Source of the DNA: an uncultured Acidimicrobiales bacterium | GTDB taxonomy: Bacteria > Actinomycetota > Acidimicrobiia > Acidimicrobiales > SHLQ01 | NCBI GenBank assembly: GCA_964451305.1 | Contig: CAYVHV010000017.1 | Coordinates: forward strand, 2,977 to 66,976 | Reading direction: 5' to 3' | Length of the DNA: 64,000 nucleotides | Notes under the pieces: generated by a model | The model's database searches: none | Seen by the model: only the letters and a program-made list of their open reading frames with translations | Told to the model about the DNA's origin: nothing | Translations under genes and position numbers: made by a program | Part shown: piece after piece, positions 1-8,361 of the stretch | Numbering within the stretch: position 1 is the first letter of the stretch | How the letters are laid out: each line of letters begins with the position of its first letter

Positions 1-1644
1 CATGTCGAGCGCTTCGCCTGAACGAATCGGCGAGTTGTAGCCGTCGGATTGCACACCGGTGTTGTAGCTATCGAGCACGCGGCCGGTCGTCATGAGCAGC
101 GGGTAGTCGTCGTTCAATTCGTCGACGTGTGGGCGCCAGGTGTTTGCGGTGAAGGGCGCTGGTTCACGGCCTCCGAGGTCGTCTTCCCACAGCCAGCCGT
201 GCAGGTACAAGGTGCCGGGGTGATCGAGTGTTGGGCATGGCCATTGGAGGCCACCTTCGGCCTCGAGCCGTTCCCAGCTCATACCCGTGTGCATGGGCGA
301 CACCGTGCGGAGTTCGTCCCACATCTCTTCGGGGCTTGGGTTGCCCCAGCCCGGTTGCATCCGCTCGGCGATCATGTTGATGATCTCGAGGTCGTCTTTG
401 GCTTCGCCGGGTGGGTCGAGCGCTTTGCGAACTCGTTGGACGCGTCGTTCGGAGTTGGTGACGGTGCCTTCGGCTTCAGCCCAGCCAGCCGAGGCTGGCA
501 GGACGACGTCGGCGAGCTTGGCGGTGCGGGTGAGGAAGATGTCTTGGACGACCAAGAGGTCGAGGCCCGAAAGGAGCGATCGGGCGTGGTTGATGTCGGC
601 TTCGGAGTCGGCGGGGTTCTCGCCAATGCAGAAGACGGTGGTGAGCTCGCCCTTTTCCATTGCCTCAAACATGAGGGTGAGGTGCTTGCCCGGTGTCGCC
701 GGGATCGTGCAATCCCACGCGGCTTCGAACTTGGCGCGGATTTCGTCATTTTCGACGTCTTGGAAGCCGGTGAGCTTGTTGGGTAGTGCACCCATGTCGC
801 CGCCGCCCTGGACGTTGTTCTGGCCGCGGACTGGTACCAGGCCCGATCCGTAGCGACCGACGTGGCCGGTGAGCAGCGACAGGTTGCAGAGCGCCATGAC
901 GTTCTCGGCGCCGGTGTGGTGTTCGGTGATGCCGAGCGTCCAACAGATCTGTGCCGAATCGGCCGTGGCGTAGGCAGTGGCGAGCTCTGCGATGGCGTAT
1001 TCGGGAAGGCCGGTCACTTCGGCGGTGCGCTCGAGGGTCCACTCGGCAATCGACTCGCTGTATTCGTCGATGTTCTGGGTGGAGTGCGCGATGAACTCGT
1101 CGTTCTGCAGGTCGTTATCGAGGATGTACTTGCCCACGCCGTTGGCGAGCGCGATGTCGGTGCCGACGTTGAGGCCCATCCAAAGGTCGGCGAACTTCGC
1201 TGTTTGGGAACGGCGAGGATCGACGGCGATCATCTTGGCGCCGTTGCGAACGCCTGCGAGGGCGTGGTGGAAGAAGATGGGGTGCGCTTCGCGAGCGTTG
1301 GATCCCCACATGATGATGAGGTCGGTGGTTTCAATCTCCTCGTAGGAGACGGTGCCGCCACCAGCACCAAAGACTGTCGCCAGACCGACGACAGAGGGAG
1401 CGTGTCAAGTTCGATTACAGGAGTCGATGTTGTTCGACCCCATGACTTTGCGGGCAAAGCGTTGCGCCGCATAGTTCATTTCGTTCGTACTCTTCGAGCA
1501 GCTAAACATGCCAAAGGCGGTCTCGCCCTTTTCCTGCACGGCGGCAAAGCCTACAGCGACTCTGTCGAGCGCTTCATCCCAGGTTGCGGGAACGAGCTCG
1601 CCATCGACACGAACGAGAGGGGTGGTGAGTCTCTGCCTTGGCAT
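1..1644 (-). CDS. fdhA: Selenocysteine-containing formate dehydrogenase alpha subunit / bis-MGD molybdopterin oxidoreductase. In-frame UGA at 1405-1407. The C-terminus runs off the window at position 1.
   Basis: ORF 1405..1644 ends ...FARKVMGSNNIDSCNRT then TGA. The same frame stays open to position 1: U-HAPSVVGLATVFGAGGGTVSYEEIETTDLIIMWGSNAREAHPIFFHH ... LLMTTGRVLDSYNTG. This is colinear with E. coli FdhF ...[26 protein letters not shown]. No ORF is listed in this frame because it leaves the window. Confidence 0.85.
1374..1407 (-). promoter_or_regulatory. UGA(Sec) codon plus SECIS-like hairpin immediately downstream
   Basis: The minus strand reads UGA CACGCUCCCU CUGUCGUC-GGUCU-GGCGACAG. This gives an 8-bp stem (one G-U pair) with a GGUCU apical loop. 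GGUC lies 19-22 nt after UGA, the same spacing I recall for the E. coli fdhF SECIS. Confidence 0.7.
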
Positions 1645-2174
1645 AGGAATCCGTTTCTTAGAGGGAACTCAAGTGGGGCGTATTGCGGTGTCTTCAGCTA
1701 CACAGAAATCGTACCGCCGAGACGGTGCGCCGACGGTCACATGCTACTCCATTCGAAGCCACCGTGTTCCGCATAGCAGGACAGTTGCACGATGCGGAAC
1801 GAGACATCCAGGCACCGTCGCGTTCGAGCACTTCCCCCTGTGTTGAGAACCTGACCCCAACGTCCGCCAGAAACGAAGCAGCCGGTTCAGTTCGTGACGT
1901 CGACCCACTTGTATTGGGACTCCGCCGTTGTCGCGCTCCCAATACGTCCAAGGCCGAAAAGGAAGTCGTGTTCGTAGTTGTCTGCCCACAACATTTTCGA
2001 CACCTCAGTCTCACGCCAACGGCGAATGAACCCATCGGTGACACACAAGGGGCTTGCACCTGTATCGAGGATCTCGTCGTCTCGAGCTAACCACGATGCG
2101 AGCTTCACACAACACAAATCGTCACTTTCTACGTTGCGATCGTACATGTGTTCGATACAATCACCGTATGGCAA
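1645..2174 (-). pseudogene. Fragmentary minus-strand ORFs upstream of fdhA. They may be decayed or frameshifted N-terminal Fe-S / ferredoxin-like domains, or an unrelated small gene at 1887..2174.
   Basis: The fdhA frame hits TGA at 1669-1671, just upstream of the Met at 1644. Three overlapping minus ORFs lie in three frames (1694..2059, 1744..1989, 1887..2174). Pieces such as DRNVESDDLCCVKL, ...ERDG...NGVACDRR and ...RRYDF weakly recall NuoG-type 4Fe-4S and Molybdop_Fe4S4 segments, but the cysteine ligands are missing. Confidence 0.3.
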
Positions 2175-3448
2175 TCGGCGGAGTACTTCACTCCAATGAC
2201 GATGTTGAGCAACTGTCGAAAGCAGTCGACGACTGCTTTCTCACTCCCCTGTCGTGCCTCTCCCTCGAAGAACTTGCCGAACGACTCATCGCCATCGAGG
2301 ACATCTCGAACCGGCTCGACGCGCTCCGAGTCCAGACGATTGCTGCCGGCGAAGCCGCGGACATTGGCTCACTCGCCGATCAACGCAACGTCGCGAACTA
2401 TCTAGCCGAACAAACCGGCGCCGACCCCAAAGCAGTCCGCGCCGATCAACGGGTCGCCAAGTGGCTTTCCGACTTCCCAGACTTCGCTAACGCCTACCAA
2501 CACGGAACCCTGTCAACCGAACACATCGACCTGCTGCGCCGCAAAGACAACGAACGCGTGCACGGCCAAATGATCGACGACCAACAACTCTTCATAAAAC
2601 TCTTCCCCACACTCGCCTTCCGTGATCTCGACGCGGTCATGGAACGTTGGCTCCTCGGAGCAGACCCCGACGGCGCCGCACCCGATGAACAAGCCAAAGA
2701 ATGCGGCCTATCGCTCAAAGTCTTGCCCGGCGGCATGCTCAAAATCGACGGCACCCTCGACCCTCTCATGGCCGCAGCCTTCAAAACAGCTGTGCTGGCC
2801 GAAGCCGAAAAACTGCGCGCACAACACAAAGTTGAAGGCATCCACTCAACCGTGCGGAGCCGAAACCTCGAAGCGCTCATGACCCTCATAACAACCGGCT
2901 TCGCAGCAGACACCTGTACCGGTGCGAAAACGTTAATCAACATTGTCATCGACCAAGACACCTACGAAGAAACACTCGACTGGCTCGAAGACCCCAACAG
3001 CAACCCGCTGCCCGACATCAACATCGAACCGACCCCCGGGTTCGATGGCCGGAAGAGTCAACTCATCGACGGCACACCAATCCACCCGCTCTATGCCGTA
3101 GCAGCATCAGTGCGAGCCGTCTTCCGAAGATTGGTCTACGACCCCGGGACCCGGGATCTCCAATATTCCTATGACAGTCGAAGTTTCCCAGAGTGGATCG
3201 CAACACTCACCCGAATCGCCACAAACGGAAAATCAGCAAACCCCATATGCGACGCCCCGTTTCACTGGCTCCAAACCGACCACATCCAACCCCACAGCCG
3301 AAACGGCGAAACCGAATACAACAACGCCCGCCCACTCTCGGGCGCCGATAACGGCTGGCGAAGTAACAACACTAAACGCGGCACCTGGCCCATGGGCGAA
3401 CCCCAATGGCCCAACGCCAACCCAACGCACATCGACCAAGACCAGTAA
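2168..3448 (+). CDS. DUF222 / HNH-endonuclease-family protein (actinobacterial 13E12-repeat type). Likely start at Met39 of ORF 2054..3448.
   Basis: The N-terminal region has the DUF222 look (LSLEELAERLIAIEDISNRLDALRVQTIAAGEAADIG). The C-terminus reads CDAPFHWLQTDHIQPHSRNGETEYNNARPLSGADNGW, an HNH-like DH...N...N core. Confidence 0.7.
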   Translation: MAIGGVLHSNDDVEQLSKAVDDCFLTPLSCLSLEELAERLIAIEDISNRLDALRVQTIAAGEAADIGSLADQRNVANYLAEQTGADPKAVRADQRVAKWLSDFPDFANAYQHGTLSTEHIDLLRRKDNERVHGQMIDDQQLFIKLFPTLAFRDLDAVMERWLLGADPDGAAPDEQAKECGLSLKVLPGGMLKIDGTLDPLMAAAFKTAVLAEAEKLRAQHKVEGIHSTVRSRNLEALMTLITTGFAADTCTGAKTLINIVIDQDTYEETLDWLEDPNSNPLPDINIEPTPGFDGRKSQLIDGTPIHPLYAVAASVRAVFRRLVYDPGTRDLQYSYDSRSFPEWIATLTRIATNGKSANPICDAPFHWLQTDHIQPHSRNGETEYNNARPLSGADNGWRSNNTKRGTWPMGEPQWPNANPTHIDQDQ

Positions 3449-3557
3449 CCGGCCCACCCCTCGCCGAACGCGAACCAACCACCCGAACCGAACCCGTTTG
3501 GAAAGAGCAGTCGTGAACGTCCTCTAGAAGTTGTGGCCAACCCCATAAGATCGTGAA

Positions 3558-5255
3558 ATGCGTTGGTCCAACCTCTTTACCCCCACCCTTCGAGAAGCAC
3601 CCGGCGATGCCGAAGCCGCGAGCCATCGACTTCTCGTTCGTGGCGGCTTCATGCGACAGCTTCACGCTGGCCACTACTCCATGCTCCCGCTCGGCTGGAA
3701 AGTCCACGAGAAGGTAGCCCAGGTCGTTCGCGAAGAAATGAATGACATCGGTGGCCAAGAGTTCCTCCTGCCAGCCATGCACCCCAAAGCACTCTGGGAA
3801 GCATCGGGCCGCTGGGAAGTCATGGGCGACGAAATGTTCCGCCTCGAAGATCGCTCGGGCACCGAGGTCGGCCTCGGCATGACCCACGAAGAGGTCTTCG
3901 CGTCGATCGCAACCGAGATCAACAGCTACAAGACACTCCCCCAGATCTGGTACCAGATCCAGTGGAAGTTCCGAGACGAACCACGGCCAAAGGCCGGCCT
4001 TCTTCGCGTCCGAGAGTTCGCAATGAAGGACAGCTACAGCCTCGACATCGATCAGGCTGGCCTCGACGCAAACTTCGACAAGCACTACGCCGCGTACCAG
4101 CGCATCTTTGAGCGCCTCGACCTCGACGCTATGCCGGTCGAAGCATCGTCGGGGGCAATGGGCGGCGCAGGGTCGATCGAATTCATGGTCGCATCTCCAA
4201 GCGGCGAAGACGACGTCGTTCGCTGCCCAGCGTGTGACTATCGAGCAAACGTCGAACGGGCCACATCGAAGGTCGACGAGATCACCGACGACCCACCACC
4301 GAGCGAACCAGAGAAATTCGCCACCCCCGGCATCCGAACCATCAAAGCGCTTGCCGAAGCTGGCGCGCCAGCCGAAAGCCAGATGAAGTCGATGATCATG
4401 GTCCTCGACGGTCAGGTCACGATCGCCGTCGTGCGCGGCGACCAGCAGCTAAACCTGCAAAAGCTCCAAGACTCCACCGGAGCGATCGATATTCGCCCAG
4501 CGACCCCCGACGAAACCGTCGAACACCTCGGCGCAAAACCCGGTTCGCTCGGCGCGGTCGGCGTCGCCGACACGATTCCGATCTACGTCGACGAATCGCT
4601 TCGTGGCCGCACCAACCTCACGACCGGCGCCAACGAAGATGACTTCCACTACCGCGGCGTCGACATCGAACGCGACGTCAACGTCACCGAGTACATCGAC
4701 CTTCGCGAAGTGCAAGCGGGCGAGAGCTGCCCACAATGTGGAACGACGATCGAGATCGTCCGCTGCATCGAAGCCGGCCACATCTTTAAGCTCGGCACCA
4801 AGTACGCGGAGGCCATGGGAGCCCAGGTCCTCGACGCCGACGGCAAGATGCAGACCATCGTCATGGGCAGCTACGGCATCGGCGTTGGCCGCAACATGGC
4901 CGCGATCGCCGAGACCCACCACGACGACAAAGGCCTCGTCTGGCCTGCGTCGATCGCCCCGTTCGAGGTCGTCATCACCATCATGAACATGAAGGACGAG
5001 GACACCGTCAACGCCGCAAACGCCTTGTACGACGAGCTTCGAGCAGCCCGAGTCGACGTCCTCATCGACGACCGAGACGCTCGTGCCGGCGTGAAGTTCG
5101 CCGACAGCGAGCTCATCGGCATTCCCTACCGAGTCACCATGGGCCCACGCGGCATCAAGGACGGCCTCGTCGAATTCACCGAACGCAAGACGATGGAAAC
5201 CCAAGAGCTCGGACTCGACGCCATCGGCCAAACCGTCATCGACGCCCTCCGCTAA
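3558..5255 (+). CDS. proS: Prolyl-tRNA synthetase (bacterial type)
   Basis: 565 aa. The N-terminus MRWSNLFTPTLREAPGDAEAASHRLLVRGGFMRQLHAGHYSMLPLG is typical ProRS. Class II core and C-terminal anticodon-binding region are present. Confidence 0.95.
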   Translation: MRWSNLFTPTLREAPGDAEAASHRLLVRGGFMRQLHAGHYSMLPLGWKVHEKVAQVVREEMNDIGGQEFLLPAMHPKALWEASGRWEVMGDEMFRLEDRSGTEVGLGMTHEEVFASIATEINSYKTLPQIWYQIQWKFRDEPRPKAGLLRVREFAMKDSYSLDIDQAGLDANFDKHYAAYQRIFERLDLDAMPVEASSGAMGGAGSIEFMVASPSGEDDVVRCPACDYRANVERATSKVDEITDDPPPSEPEKFATPGIRTIKALAEAGAPAESQMKSMIMVLDGQVTIAVVRGDQQLNLQKLQDSTGAIDIRPATPDETVEHLGAKPGSLGAVGVADTIPIYVDESLRGRTNLTTGANEDDFHYRGVDIERDVNVTEYIDLREVQAGESCPQCGTTIEIVRCIEAGHIFKLGTKYAEAMGAQVLDADGKMQTIVMGSYGIGVGRNMAAIAETHHDDKGLVWPASIAPFEVVITIMNMKDEDTVNAANALYDELRAARVDVLIDDRDARAGVKFADSELIGIPYRVTMGPRGIKDGLVEFTERKTMETQELGLDAIGQTVIDALR

Positions 5256-5276
5256 CCCAGCCACCACAACACATTC

Positions 5277-5313
5277 GTTCCACATCGTGGTTTCACGTGT
5301 TCCACATCGTGGT
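5277..5313 (+). promoter_or_regulatory. Tandem 15-nt direct repeat (GTTCCACATCGTGGT x2, 22-nt phase) just upstream of the IclR-family gene. Candidate operator.
   Basis: Exact copies at 5277-5291 and 5299-5313. Each contains the short dyad CCAC-ATC-GTGG. The repeat ends 12 nt before the ATG at 5325. Confidence 0.4.
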
Positions 5314-5324
5314 ACGCTCGCGGG

Positions 5325-6074
5325 ATGGCAGGAGTTCAATCCATCGAGCGCGCGTTCACGATCCTGCGCTCGCTATCACTCGGAGCTACCGGAGTCACCA
5401 GCTTGAGCGAGCGAACCGGGCTCCCGAAGAGCACCGTCTCCCGCCTGCTTTCGAGCCTCGAATACGAGCGCGCCGTCGCACAACTTCCCGACGGCACCTA
5501 CGAACTCGGTGAAGGCATCGGTGACCTGAGCAACAGTCTGCGCAGAGGACAAAACGCGGTCGATATTGCACGCCCGCACATGGTCGAACTGATGGAGATG
5601 ACCGGCGAAGCCGTCGGCATCAACCGCATCGACGGCAACGTCGTTCGAACGTTGCTCCAAGTCGACGACCCCGCGAGCTCGGTCGTCGTGCGCGATTGGA
5701 CGAACGAGGCCACCCCGGCACACGCCGTGCCAGCGGGACTCGCAATCTTGGCGCACTCGAGCCGCGCTGCACAGAATGCCTTCCTCGACCAAGAATTCGA
5801 AGCGCACACCGACAAGACCATGACGTCACCCGACGACCTCCGGCAACGGTTCGCCACCATTCGCGACGATGGCTATGCGTGGGTGTTCCGGGAATTCACC
5901 GACGACATCAATTCTGTCGCAGCCCCAATAGCCGACGCGAACGGACGCACCACGATGGCGCTTCACATTCACGGGCCCGCCTTCCGCTTTCCCGATGGAC
6001 TCGACCACGATGAACTCGGCACCCGCGTCGCCGCGACCGCACAACGCATCGAAGCACAGCTGCTCGGCAACTAG
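5325..6074 (+). CDS. IclR-family transcriptional regulator
   Basis: 249 aa. The N-terminal wHTH is VQSIERAFTILRSLS...GVTSLSERTGLPKSTVSRLLSSL. The C-terminal effector-domain length is typical of IclR. Confidence 0.85.
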   Translation: MAGVQSIERAFTILRSLSLGATGVTSLSERTGLPKSTVSRLLSSLEYERAVAQLPDGTYELGEGIGDLSNSLRRGQNAVDIARPHMVELMEMTGEAVGINRIDGNVVRTLLQVDDPASSVVVRDWTNEATPAHAVPAGLAILAHSSRAAQNAFLDQEFEAHTDKTMTSPDDLRQRFATIRDDGYAWVFREFTDDINSVAAPIADANGRTTMALHIHGPAFRFPDGLDHDELGTRVAATAQRIEAQLLGN

Positions 6075-6077
6075 CCG

Positions 6078-8207
6078 CTACCGGTTAAACACTCCGCTCT
6101 CACAGCTCGCACGAGTCTCAACAATGCCCTGCGGGTCGCTGAGCGTACATGCGTCGCTACCGGCACCGCCGTCCATGGCGTCTCGCCAAGCGCCACCGCG
6201 AATCACATCGCTGCCGCCTTGGCCAAAGATCGTGTCCCGTCCAACGTTGCCATAGAGCTCATCGTCATGGGGTCCGCCACGAATGACATCGTTACCGTCA
6301 CCGCCTCGAACAATGTCCGCACCGTTGCCAGCGTCGATCGTGTCGTTACCACCACCGCCGCGAATACGATCGCTGCCGTTCTCGCCGCGAATGGTGTCGT
6401 TACCCGGCCCGCCGACGAGGAGGTCGTTTCCGGCACCGCCGATGACCGTGTCATCTCCAACACCAGCCAGAACGGTGTCGAAGCCGTCACCCGCCTCGAT
6501 CACGTCATCACCCTGCAAACCACAGATCGTATCGCGCCCGCCAAGACCGTCGATCACGTCATCGCCCGGCGTTCCGAGGATCACGTCATCACCTTGCGTT
6601 GGCCGCTGACCAAGTGCCAGGTTCACCGTGACGTCCAACCCGCCACACAACCGCTCTGGCGAAACGGGGATGTCGGTGTCTTGAGCGCTACATGGGTCGA
6701 CCGACGCCGTCGATGCTTCGGTCACCTGCACCGTCGCATTCAACTCGTCGATTGGAACCACCTGTTCGCCACCTGCTGGCCAGAAGATGCGTGCGTCACC
6801 AACCGCCGAAACATCGGCATCACCAAGCCCGAAGAACACCGGAAGCTCACCCTGGTTGCCGCGGCCCTCGCCGCCACTGACGTAACGGACGAGCGTACGG
6901 TCGCCGAGATCGATCTCGACACGGGCGCCGATCGCCGAACGGTTACTCACCGTTCCGGTCAGGTCGAGGCGAAGCCAAGAGACTCCGGACTCGACGATCT
7001 CGTTGCGATACAGACGAGTCGTCTGGCCTGCGTCAGAAGAGACCGCGAGGTCGAGGTCACCGTCGAGGTCGTAGTCTGCCCATGCCACTCCCCGGCCGTC
7101 TGCTGGCAGGCCACTCAACACGGCGGTCTGGTTCGAGAACCCGGTGCCGTCAGTATTGCGAAACAAGACGCTTTCGGTGGTGTCGTCGCTGAACCCGTTC
7201 GTCACGAACAGGTCTTCCCAACCATCGCTGTCGTAGTCGCCAACAGCAGCCGAGATACCCCATCCACCGGCATCACCCACGCCGTGGCCAGCAGCCACGT
7301 CCACAAAGTTGCCGCCGTCGTTTCGGTACAGTGCATTTTCTGTGGGTTGGCCGGAGGTGCCAGGCCAGGTGGTCCAGTACAGATCGATGTCTGCATCGCC
7401 GTCGTAGTCGAACGCAACAACACCCATCCCAAGACCGGTCTGGGTAATGCCGTAGTTGTCCTCGGCCTGCTCGAAGCTCACACACGATCCGAGGAACAGG
7501 TCGTTGGGCACGTCCGGGTCATCGGACCGGTTCCCTACGAACAAGTCGACATGCCCATCACCGTTTACATCAGCGCTCACCGCTCCAACGCCGACGTTGT
7601 CTGAATCGACCCCATAGCTCGCCGCCTCGTCGACGAACGTTCCGTCACCTTGGTTGATGTACAAGATGTGCGGCCCGATCGCGGTCACGAAGAAGTCGAT
7701 CAGCCCATCGTTATTCGCATCGAGCGAAACAATGCCGCGACTACTGCGCTCAACGGCGATGCCCGCTGCAGCGCCGATCTCGGTGAAGGTGCTATCCCCA
7801 TTGTTCTCGAACAAGAGATCCTGTCCGTCGGTGAACTTCACGACATAGAAGTCGAGGTCACCATCGTTATCGATGTCCGCGAATGTCGATCCGACGTGCA
7901 ACCCGGTCGCAGCCGGAAGCCCAGCGGACGCAGTGATTTCGGTAAACGCATCCTGACCGAGGTTCGCGTCGTTTCTGAACAGCCGGAGAAGGTCCTGACC
8001 GGTCATCAGGAGATCGGCGTCGCCATCGTTGTCGATATCGGCCCACGAAACATTCTCGACAAGCTCCGACGTCTCGAGCCCAGCCGCGTTCGTCACGTCA
8101 ACAAAGCCGCCACCATCTTGAGCAGATGCAGCGCTCTGCGCTGACACCACAGCCACGATCAGCAATACCAAGCCGAACAGCGTTTTCCCATCAACATGAG
8201 CAGACAT
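6078..8207 (-). CDS. Secreted FG-GAP/VCBS (ASPIC-UnbV-like) repeat protein with C-terminal RTX-type Ca-binding nonapeptide repeats. Start at Met18 of the listed ORF.
   Basis: Signal peptide MSAHVDGKTLFGLVLLIVAVVSAQSAASA. Repeated DIDNDGD/DVNGDGHVDLF/DYDSDGWEDLF FG-GAP motifs. C-terminal GGAGNDLLVGGPGNDTIRGENGSDRIRGGGGNDTIDAGNGADIVRGGDGNDVIRGG. Confidence 0.85.
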   Translation of the reverse strand: MSAHVDGKTLFGLVLLIVAVVSAQSAASAQDGGGFVDVTNAAGLETSELVENVSWADIDNDGDADLLMTGQDLLRLFRNDANLGQDAFTEITASAGLPAATGLHVGSTFADIDNDGDLDFYVVKFTDGQDLLFENNGDSTFTEIGAAAGIAVERSSRGIVSLDANNDGLIDFFVTAIGPHILYINQGDGTFVDEAASYGVDSDNVGVGAVSADVNGDGHVDLFVGNRSDDPDVPNDLFLGSCVSFEQAEDNYGITQTGLGMGVVAFDYDGDADIDLYWTTWPGTSGQPTENALYRNDGGNFVDVAAGHGVGDAGGWGISAAVGDYDSDGWEDLFVTNGFSDDTTESVLFRNTDGTGFSNQTAVLSGLPADGRGVAWADYDLDGDLDLAVSSDAGQTTRLYRNEIVESGVSWLRLDLTGTVSNRSAIGARVEIDLGDRTLVRYVSGGEGRGNQGELPVFFGLGDADVSAVGDARIFWPAGGEQVVPIDELNATVQVTEASTASVDPCSAQDTDIPVSPERLCGGLDVTVNLALGQRPTQGDDVILGTPGDDVIDGLGGRDTICGLQGDDVIEAGDGFDTVLAGVGDDTVIGGAGNDLLVGGPGNDTIRGENGSDRIRGGGGNDTIDAGNGADIVRGGDGNDVIRGGPHDDELYGNVGRDTIFGQGGSDVIRGGAWRDAMDGGAGSDACTLSDPQGIVETRASCESGVFNR

Positions 8208-8361
8208 ATATCCCCAGCCTTTTCTTCGTTTCACCAACCGTGGTGAACCCTGCATCATGTCGGTATGACGCCACGCAACCTGTATCGGCTAGCGCAACAC
8301 CAAAGTGAGAAGTGAAGGTAAGAATCGAGATTACGTATCTGGAGTACCGTGTGCAGTAGTT

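Noticed and set aside
49-1776. Long plus-strand ORFs (49..786, 287..853, 862..1776, 977..1345) across the left end
   Set aside because: They are antisense to the strongly supported Sec-type fdhA reading frame. Their translations are Gly/Arg/Val/Ala-rich with no motifs, as expected for antisense frames of GC-rich genes.
3372-5339. Minus-strand ORFs 3372..4085 (237 aa) and 4449..5339 (296 aa)
   Set aside because: Both lie antisense within proS, which has unmistakable ProRS sequence. Their composition (Val/Asp/Gly/Ala runs) is typical of shadow ORFs.
6219-7604. 461-aa plus-strand ORF
   Set aside because: It is antisense to the FG-GAP/RTX gene, whose repeats are clearly recognisable. The translation is Val/Arg/Thr-rich without motifs.
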